Assembly (NCBI GenBank): GCA_951406725.2
Contig: OX597819.1
Span: 119,412,001-119,476,000, forward strand
DNA length: 64,000 nucleotides
Direction of reading: 5' to 3'
Origin: Octopus vulgaris
Lineage: Eukaryota
In this document: positions 55,530 to 64,000 of the stretch, one piece after another
Layout: every line of letters starts with the position of its first letter
How positions within the stretch are numbered: position 1 is the stretch's first letter
The notes under the pieces: model-generated
Databases searched by the model: none
Seen by the model: only the letters and a program-made list of their open reading frames with translations
What the model was told of the DNA's origin: nothing
Position numbers and translations under genes: made by a program

Positions 55530-56625
55530 ATGGCAGCCATATTTGGACTCCTAAAGAAAGCGTGTTCCAAACAATTCTGGCCAGCTAAATGCGGCTGACA
55601 GAATTACCCATGTGCGATCGATTAAAACTGAAAAAATAACCAAATTATTCGTACGTGGAACATACGTACCATCATCGATCTAGACATAAGGACCTAAACA
55701 TATAGATGATTGTGCCCTTGTGGTACACAAGAAAATCACCTGCGGACCATAGCGGATCACTTTTCAGAAGTGTTAAATCGTCTAAGATTGACCAACAGCC
55801 GCCAAGCAGCCCCGCACACAATCCTCACCCAGCCAAACATCACCATTGAGGGAGTTCAGATTAAGTGTGTGGAGAGTTTTAGGTATCTTGGCAGCACAAT
55901 CTCATCCAATGGATCATTAAACAGCGAAATATAATCCAGGTTCCACAACGCCATCCAGGCACTTTGGAAGAGTGAAAGTACTCCGGCAGAAAAGCATAAG
56001 TCTATTGACAAAGCTCAAAATCTAAGAGGCAATAGTCATTTCTTCATTAATATATGGATGGCAAACATGGCCCCCAAATCCGTCGGCACATCAAACTATT
56101 TCGCACAAGATCACTGCGCAGGATCATGGGCAGGAGAGTGTGACAAACCAAGAAGTACCAGACAGGGCTTGTTCACCAAGTCGCAGTTACGCTGGACTGA
56201 CCATGTCATCAGAATGGCTGGCAACCGTGTATCCAGACAGTTACTGTACGGAGGGCTCACGGAAGTCCCACGTAAGGCTCACGCAGGAATCACGCAAACG
56301 ACGAAGACATAAATGGAGGTTCACAGATACCATGAAAAGCAACCTCACACAGAGCCGTATTAGACGACGTGAACTCAAAGACGCTGCCGAAGACACATCA
56401 GCGTAGAGGTCTCTCATCTCACAGGCAACAGCTGCCTTCGAAAAGCGTCCTGAATCAGCAAGATAAAGATGTCTCAAGGAAGCATCTGCCGCAGTGAAGT
56501 CAACAAACTATCGCTGTGACACCTGTGAGCGCCATCTCTAGACAGCGGAGTTCATGTCTAGACTGCTGGGTCACATGTGCTCCCATCGCTGAGAACATAG
56601 AATCTGTCGTCATAGGATAGAAATG
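55530..56625 (+). mobile_element. Internally deleted RTE/BovB-type LINE
   Basis: APE N-terminal motif IRTWNIRT (about 55646-55670) lies shortly before the late RT region CVESFRYLGSTISSNG, then QLRWTDHVIRM...RQLLYG and a degenerate terminal CDTC...H finger. Confidence 0.85.
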
Positions 56626-57179
56626 GATTATCTGCCATATTTATCTATTTATATTATGTAATATATTTCTTTATGTAATTATTTCTTAATTATTAGTGCT
56701 TTTAAATTTATGATCACCACTATATTTTGTGGTCCATAAAATTGGGACCTTCACATTTGTGAAGTAACACCAGCAATTACAATATACGGACACTAAGTTA
56801 GTACGACTAATTATATCCAACACTAATATCCGCAGAGGAACACTAGGGAAATGAAAGGGAGGCTTTTCCTACAATAATGCTGTGTATATTTAATAGTGTT
56901 TTAAATTTAAGATTACAGGTTGACAGGGCAACAGGGCAACAGGGAGTAAGATATTTGGCGAATGTATGTCTGCTTTCAACATATATTCATGTTAATTTGT
57001 AAAGTCGTGTGATACGCATTCATTTCGCAACCTTATTTCCGGTGCTCAGCAAGTAATATCATGTCACGTTAGCACTTACGAGTTACACATTTTGATTCGT
57101 ATAGCAAATGACAATATCTATAGAAACCCAAGGTGTGCTACTGTATGGAGAGCGGGTATATGTGCATGTATAGTAATTT

Positions 57180-57278
57180 TAATAAGTGTGTGTTTGTGTC
57201 TGTAGGTCAGGGCATGTGCGTGTGCGTGTATATGCATGAATATAATATATACATACATACACACACACATGTATATAT

Positions 57279-57353
<75 letters not shown>

Positions 57354-57691
57354 CGTACCCATATAGATATATGCAGATGTATACGTATATATGAATATAT
57401 CAGTGTGATTATATAATTATGAAAAGGTGCATTGTTATATAAGTATATAAATGAATATACAGACACACACACCACTTATATACAAAGAGAAACACACACA
57501 CATACACACACATACAAGTACACTTTTAGAAGCCCATGTACATAGAAGCAAGCGTATCTATATTTACGTATGCATGAACTGTTATGCCTTTTTTGTAAAG
57601 AAAAAAATTCCCCAAACAACGATGCATATACACAAACAATCGCGTACATTACATTAGGATAAATAGATATGAGTCTGTACAGTAATAGATA

Positions 57692-57739
<48 letters not shown>

Positions 57740-57842
57740 TGTCTACATGTGCGTGTGTGTGTATGTGTGTGTATGAGTGTTTGCGAGCGTGCTTGAAAAT
57801 GTTTGCGTGTGTGCATATGTGTGTGTATGCATGTGTTTTATG

Positions 57843-57894
<52 letters not shown>

Positions 57895-58276
57895 TATGTA
57901 TATATGCTATATAATATATGTACATTAGTAAAATATGTGTATCAAGGACGTTCATGTATATATATAAATACTTATTCATATGACGTATTCAAATGTGCAC
58001 ATATACACACGTATATATACAAACACAGACCCACCCACCGACACACACACACATACACACACATGTATTCATACAGATTTCAACACTCATATGAATATCT
58101 ATCTACTTATGCATAGAGATATGACAACTTCGGATTATGTGTGACCTTTTCCATATAAACCTAAACATATATGGTCACGCAAATATATTTATGACACTCT
58201 GTATACGACAGCAACGTACGTACGAAATCAAATACGCCGCCCTGATATACAAAAACCCTCCCGTACACATATTGCG

Positions 58277-58375
<99 letters not shown>

Positions 58376-58679
58376 GGGTATTTCTTCAACACAAACTCCA
58401 TGTATATATTAGATGGTATCGTTTCATTTTTACAGATGTATTTCTTCAGTTATTGCTTTAGATTTCTGGTTTATAGACAAACATTCATACATGCATGCAT
58501 ACACCTATATTTACGAATATATCCATGCACACATAGAAATCACTATATGCATACATATGTGTGTATATGACAATATAGAGGCATATATATATATATATAT
58601 ACATATATACATCTATATTTAGGAATATATCTATGCACACAGAAATCAGCATATGCATTCATATGTTTGTGTCTGTATA

Positions 58680-58737
<58 letters not shown>

Positions 58738-58777
58738 GAAGTATGTATATATATTTATACATATAAGTATGTATATG

Positions 58778-58819
<42 letters not shown>

Positions 58820-59310
58820 CACTCACACACACATATATATATATATAACCATCTGTACTGGTGTGCGCATGTGTGCTTCTCTGTAATTATAATGTGACGG
58901 AGAATTGCAGTGCGCTTGTGCATGTGGACTGCTGCGAAGTTTTAGATTGGTCCAGTATGAAAGGAATATCATTTCGACTTGCTGCTGCTTTCGACAAATA
59001 TGGTGATTGAAGAGGTTGACACATCATTAGGTACCTTTCAGTACGAAATATTTTTGAGTCCATATTTAAAAAGGCAACGAAATAAATTCAAGATTTATTT
59101 TTTTCTCAAAATATTCCTTTTCGAAATATTCTTTTTCATTATCAGCTATTCATGCCTTTGGTTTATCAAGAATGTTTGTGTGTTTATATATGTATATATA
59201 TATATATATGTGTGTATGTGTGTGTGTGAATATATATGTATGTGTGTATATATGTATATATACGTGTATCAATGTAAGTATGCTTGTATTTATGTATGTA
59301 GTTATGCATG

Positions 59311-59341
<31 letters not shown>

Positions 59342-59422
59342 GTCCTGATAGAGAGTAAAACAGACAGCTATATGGGTACTTATACTTGGATATATGTTTA
59401 AATGGTCTTATCTATCTATATC

Positions 59423-59464
<42 letters not shown>

Positions 59465-59480
59465 CATGTATATATATATA

Positions 59481-59527
<47 letters not shown>

Positions 59528-59534
59528 TCATATA

Positions 59535-59581
<47 letters not shown>

Positions 59582-59605
59582 GTCTATATACATACACACT
59601 CGTAC

Positions 59606-59671
<66 letters not shown>

Positions 59672-59710
59672 ATATGTATGTATATGTGGGTTTATATATG
59701 TATAAAGTTA
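57180..59710. repeat. Dense (TA)n/(TG)n/(CA)n microsatellite field
   Basis: More than 10 adjacent tracts, accounting for all ORF-track entries here. Confidence 0.9.
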
Positions 59711-60183
59711 TATCACTAGAATAAGGATAATCCTTTTGGGCCTCTCCAGTTTTACTTCGAAACCGGTTCAAAATCCACCGAAAATACATAGACAATATTT
59801 TCACGTTTCGGATTGTTACATAAACACACATACACATACCTATGCGGACGTGACGTATACGTAGCGAGAGACATACAATGAGACTGCACATATACTCACA
59901 TACATATACACACAGGCTCGTACACAAAACCACACGTGTAAATGTATGTATGCTTGTTTATATTAAGATAGAAATGAATATGCATTGTTTTACCCGTTTA
60001 CAGAATTATGTGTACCAAAACAATAATACGTCAAAGGAATACCTTCTTATGCTTTTTTTTTTTTTGCATTATTGAAATTTATCTCGATGTCACATCTGCT
60101 CTGCTCTTCCGTAAATATTTCCGTGGGTTATTTGAGGCAATATATTTACTTATGGCGTTAGTCTGATATAAAATTCCTTCTAA

Positions 60184-60398
60184 GGCGGCGAGCTGGCACA
60201 AACGTGAGCAAGCCGGGTGAAATGCTTAGCAGTATTTAGTCTTTCTTTATGTTCTGAGTTCAAATTCCGCCGAGGTCGACTTTGCCTTTCATTCTTTCGG
60301 CGTCGATAAATTAACTACCAGTTCCGAACTGGGGTCGATCTAATCGACTGACCCCCTTCCCCCAAAATTCCCGGCCTTGTATCTAGAGTAGAAAAGAT
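60184..60398 (+). mobile_element. SINE family A, full length, tail type 2
   Basis: ggcggcgagctggcac...gagttcaaattccgccgagg...ccccaaaattcccggccttgt. Confidence 0.9.
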
Positions 60399-61509
60399 AT
60401 AAACTTCTTAGTGACCCGCTATTAGCTGAAATCTCTTACGTAGCCGTTCCACAGATATGCAATTTTCGAAAAACCTGCAGTTTAGAAATTAAGGAAACTT
60501 TTAGAGCTTCCACCGGATTGCTTGTAAAAAAGAATTATGTGAAGATTATTCACATTTTTGTGATTATGAGCCAAGCGAATTTTACACTGATATTCGTGAG
60601 CTTCCTTTACAAAAATTGAGACCTTAACTAGTGATATGTACTAGACGGTATCTCAAATTTATTAATCGCTGATTTATTGGAAGTCATCCTGTATATTCCC
60701 ATACATTATTCCGAGCTTCATATAGGAGATCTCAATTCTTGTGTTGGTGAAAGCCACTACCTATTGTCATTCAAATGTCGGGAGAGCATCTGCGAATATG
60801 GTGATACAAAGACGAGGAGCTGTTTTGATTTGCACTGTTGGATTTGCTGTTTAAAATCTGGTGACGTTTTGCCAAGAGATGCTACCATTTTGAAATTTGT
60901 AACCTCATTTCATGGAATGCTCCCATGCAAATGAGAATCATATTCGCCACTTAAATAGCTTTCGTTACCTTTTTTTTTTTGATAATTTAGATCTATGACC
61001 GAAACAAAGAGACGAAAAATCCAGAGGTTTTCGCTTCCTGAATAATAGTCGTTGATAAACTTCTTAATTATAATTTCTTTCAACATTGTATTTAAATATT
61101 TAAAAGTATGCTTTATATTTTTTAATGCGGTGATCGGGATGAGACTTATGATGTTTTGAAATATGGCGAAAAAAAAGGAAAAGAAAGCATACAATATTTA
61201 AAAAATGTAAAAGAGAAATCAAGAAAAAAACATGCGTTTGAAAATAGTCTTGGCTTTCGTCGTACATTCATGCAGGTAATTTCGTATGCACTTTTTATTT
61301 TACATTTCTTATGGTTTCATAATTTTATAGCATTTTTTATGGTTTCGTAGTTCATGGATTTCATTGTACTTTCATGTGTTATATCAACACGTGTTTGAAC
61401 ATGAGACGAAAGAAAATTGCAGTATTAATAACAATATTAATATTAATGATTATGGGAGACGCATTAGTATTAGCATAAATACCAGTTGAAGTAATCGACT
61501 GAAACTTTC

Positions 61510-61873
61510 GTGGAGGGGACTAGACTATTACATCGACACAAGTGTTTCACTGGTATTTAATTTATCGACGCCAAAAGGATGAGAGGCAAAGTCGACCTCG
61601 GTGAGATTTCAACTCAATATGTAACGACGGGTGAAGTATCGCTAAGCATTTCGTCCAGCGTGTTACTGTGATTCTGCACAGGGCCAGACATTTTTGGAGA
61701 GAGGATAAGGCGATTACATCGACTACAGTATTTCGCTGATATCTAATTTATCAACCCCGAAAGTATGAAAGATAAAGTCGACCTCGGTCAAATTTGAACT
61801 CGAAATGTAGCGATTGGCGAATTACCGGCAACAATTTCGCCCGGTGTTCTCATGATTCTGTCAGGACATCGCC
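61510..61873 (-). mobile_element. Two tandem, older SINE family A copies
   Basis: Two repeats of cgattacatcgac..ag..ttc.ctg.tat.taatttatc..aaagtcgacctcgg. Confidence 0.82.
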
Positions 61874-61966
61874 TTGATAACAACAACAATAACAGCAACA
61901 ACAACGACAACGATCGAAATAATAATAACGATGATGATAATAATAATGAATATGATGATGATGATA

Positions 61967-62001
<35 letters not shown>

Positions 62002-62238
62002 CATAAAAATAATAATAATAATAATAATAACTAGTATTAGTAGTAGTAGTAGTAGTAGCAGCTGCAGTAGCAGCTGCAGCAGCAGCAGTGGTACTGTACA
62101 AGTTGATGCAGGTAGTTTACTCTGTCTCACTCCGACTTTTAGTTCATGTAATTGAAGAAATCGCATTATTTATGGGATGACCCAGTATATGTAAGTATAT
62201 ACATATATATATATATGTGTGTGTTGGTATTTATATAC

Positions 62239-62283
<45 letters not shown>

Positions 62284-62457
62284 TAGGTACATGTGTATGT
62301 GAATGGAGAATGTGCATATGATTGTGTGTGCCTGGATGCGCGTGTGTGTGTGTATGTGTGTATGTGTGTGCGCAGCTATACAGGATAGTATTGTGGCGTT
62401 AACTAAAACGTAAATAGTAACAGGTTAGGCAGTCCTGTAGCATACATACCCCCTTAG

Positions 62458-62577
62458 AAACCCTCACATAAGTCAGATTCTATATACAAGTGGTGGGGGG
62501 TTACTTCTCACTCAAGAAACCTTCACATAAGTCAGTTTCCATATGTGAAGTGGGGAGGGTTTAGTTCTCAGACAAAA
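62458..62577. repeat. Two-copy tandem repeat, about 59-bp unit
   Basis: aaacc(c/t)tcacataagtcag...aagtgg..g.gg.tt..ttctca, twice. Confidence 0.75.
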
Positions 62578-63361
62578 TTCAACATTATGCTGATGTCTAT
62601 ATATCATTAAAGTTACTACCATTCTATAATGATAGATTGTTAGAGGTTTTAAACGATTTTGGCTATGCTTTAAAACATTTTTTCTTATGAATCACGAAAC
62701 AATATTACGCGAATTGTAATATACAAAGATGTGCTGATATATAAATTTATGTATCAATAAAGGCACTCACAAATTCTATCAAATATATTCAACGAAATTA
62801 AATGTGTGATTGATAGTATAATAATTGGTAGCTTCATTAAAGAATTGTCCCGAGGGTAGACATTGTTTTTTTTTTATTCTGAATGACTTAGTATATTGTT
62901 TATTAGAAATCAATAACATTTACGTGCTTCAAATGCAAATGATTACTAAAATGAAAGTCACTATTTACAACACGGTATTCATATCGCACATTTCAAAGTA
63001 ATTCTTTAGCTCAATGGTGATGTGTAAAGCGGATTTTCCACTTGAATTTAACATTCATAGTAATTGCTCGCTTCCCAACGGATTATATAATTCAAGAAAA
63101 TTGATAACATTAAACGAATATGTGTATATATATATGTGTGTGTGTGTGTGCGTGTGTGTGCATGTACATATACATATATATATATATGGTTTCATTCACA
63201 TATATACATATATGAATATGTCCATATATACATAAATATATATCTATAAATATATGTGTATATATGTATTTATATATATGTATATATAAATTTGTGTATA
63301 TGTACATGTTATCAGCATATTGGCATAGAAATAATTTTCTTGTGTGCCCTAGTTTATAAGT

Positions 63362-63413
<52 letters not shown>

Positions 63414-63417
63414 TATA

Positions 63418-63535
63418 TCACGTGATCACGTGCCCGACCAGTACATCAGATGTAATTACACATCGCTGGTCACAATGCGTTCGCATTGTTTTAGCCTTAG
63501 AATGACGCCACCCCGCTGGCTAAGCGAGCAGGCCA
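63418..63535 (+). repeat. Family D repeat between (TA)n tracts
   Basis: tcacgtgatcacgtgcccgaccag...gctggtcacaatgcg...gagcaggcc matches 16830-16936. Confidence 0.85.
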
Positions 63536-63599
63536 ATATATATATATACATGTGTGTATGTACGTATGTATATAGCAAAATTTTATAGAACAAATATGA

Positions 63600-63646
<47 letters not shown>

Positions 63647-64000
63647 GATAATAGAGCTATCTCAAGTGAGAATGTAAATCTAAATCATGACAAAATCAAG
63701 CGTTGGGGAAATTAGAGAAAGATAAAAAGCGAAATCTCAAAAAGCTCATAAGAAAAAAATATTAAATATGAGAAATTCTTCATTGGAAATTATAAATATT
63801 TAAAGTTACAGGAAATGATCGAATTGAGTTTGATAAATCATGTGTTTACGACACGCAATTCTGAATATATCGTAACAAAAGTGCAGATCACTTTTGGCAT
63901 AGGTATTTTTTCTGGAACTATACCCTTCAACTACAATTCTCCGGGGACTTTCAAGCATTTTAATCCAATATTATAAAGGAAATTAAGGCGGCGAGCTAGT

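Noticed and set aside
60677-60934. IGDLNSCVG, similar to the LINE APE motif GDFN
   Set aside because: No other endonuclease motifs recognisable, too weak to annotate.
63986-64000. Start of another family A SINE (ggcggcgagct)
   Set aside because: Only about 12 bp lie inside the window, insufficient to call.

Overview
This is AT-rich, microsatellite-saturated metazoan genomic DNA. The SINE families resemble those I recall from octopus genomes, which is an inference. I find no intact protein-coding gene, and almost all ORF-track entries are translations of (TA)n/(TG)n/(TAA)n microsatellites. The window is dominated by decayed mobile DNA: two tRNA-type SINE families (about 10 copies each), two mariner remnants, a TIR-bounded MITE-like element, RTE, R4/Dong-like and L1/Tx1-like LINE fragments, and several Penelope (GIY-YIG) pieces with hammerhead-ribozyme-like motifs. 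The most interesting non-TE signal is a phase-consistent multi-exon gene remnant at 6342-10367 (+). It encodes a signal peptide plus a short domain resembling acetylcholine-binding protein / Cys-loop ligand-binding domains. It carries three in-frame TGA codons, and one intron plus a chimeric exon has been amplified into a 117-bp tandem array. All homology calls are by-eye motif recognition, not database searches, and TE boundaries are approximate.
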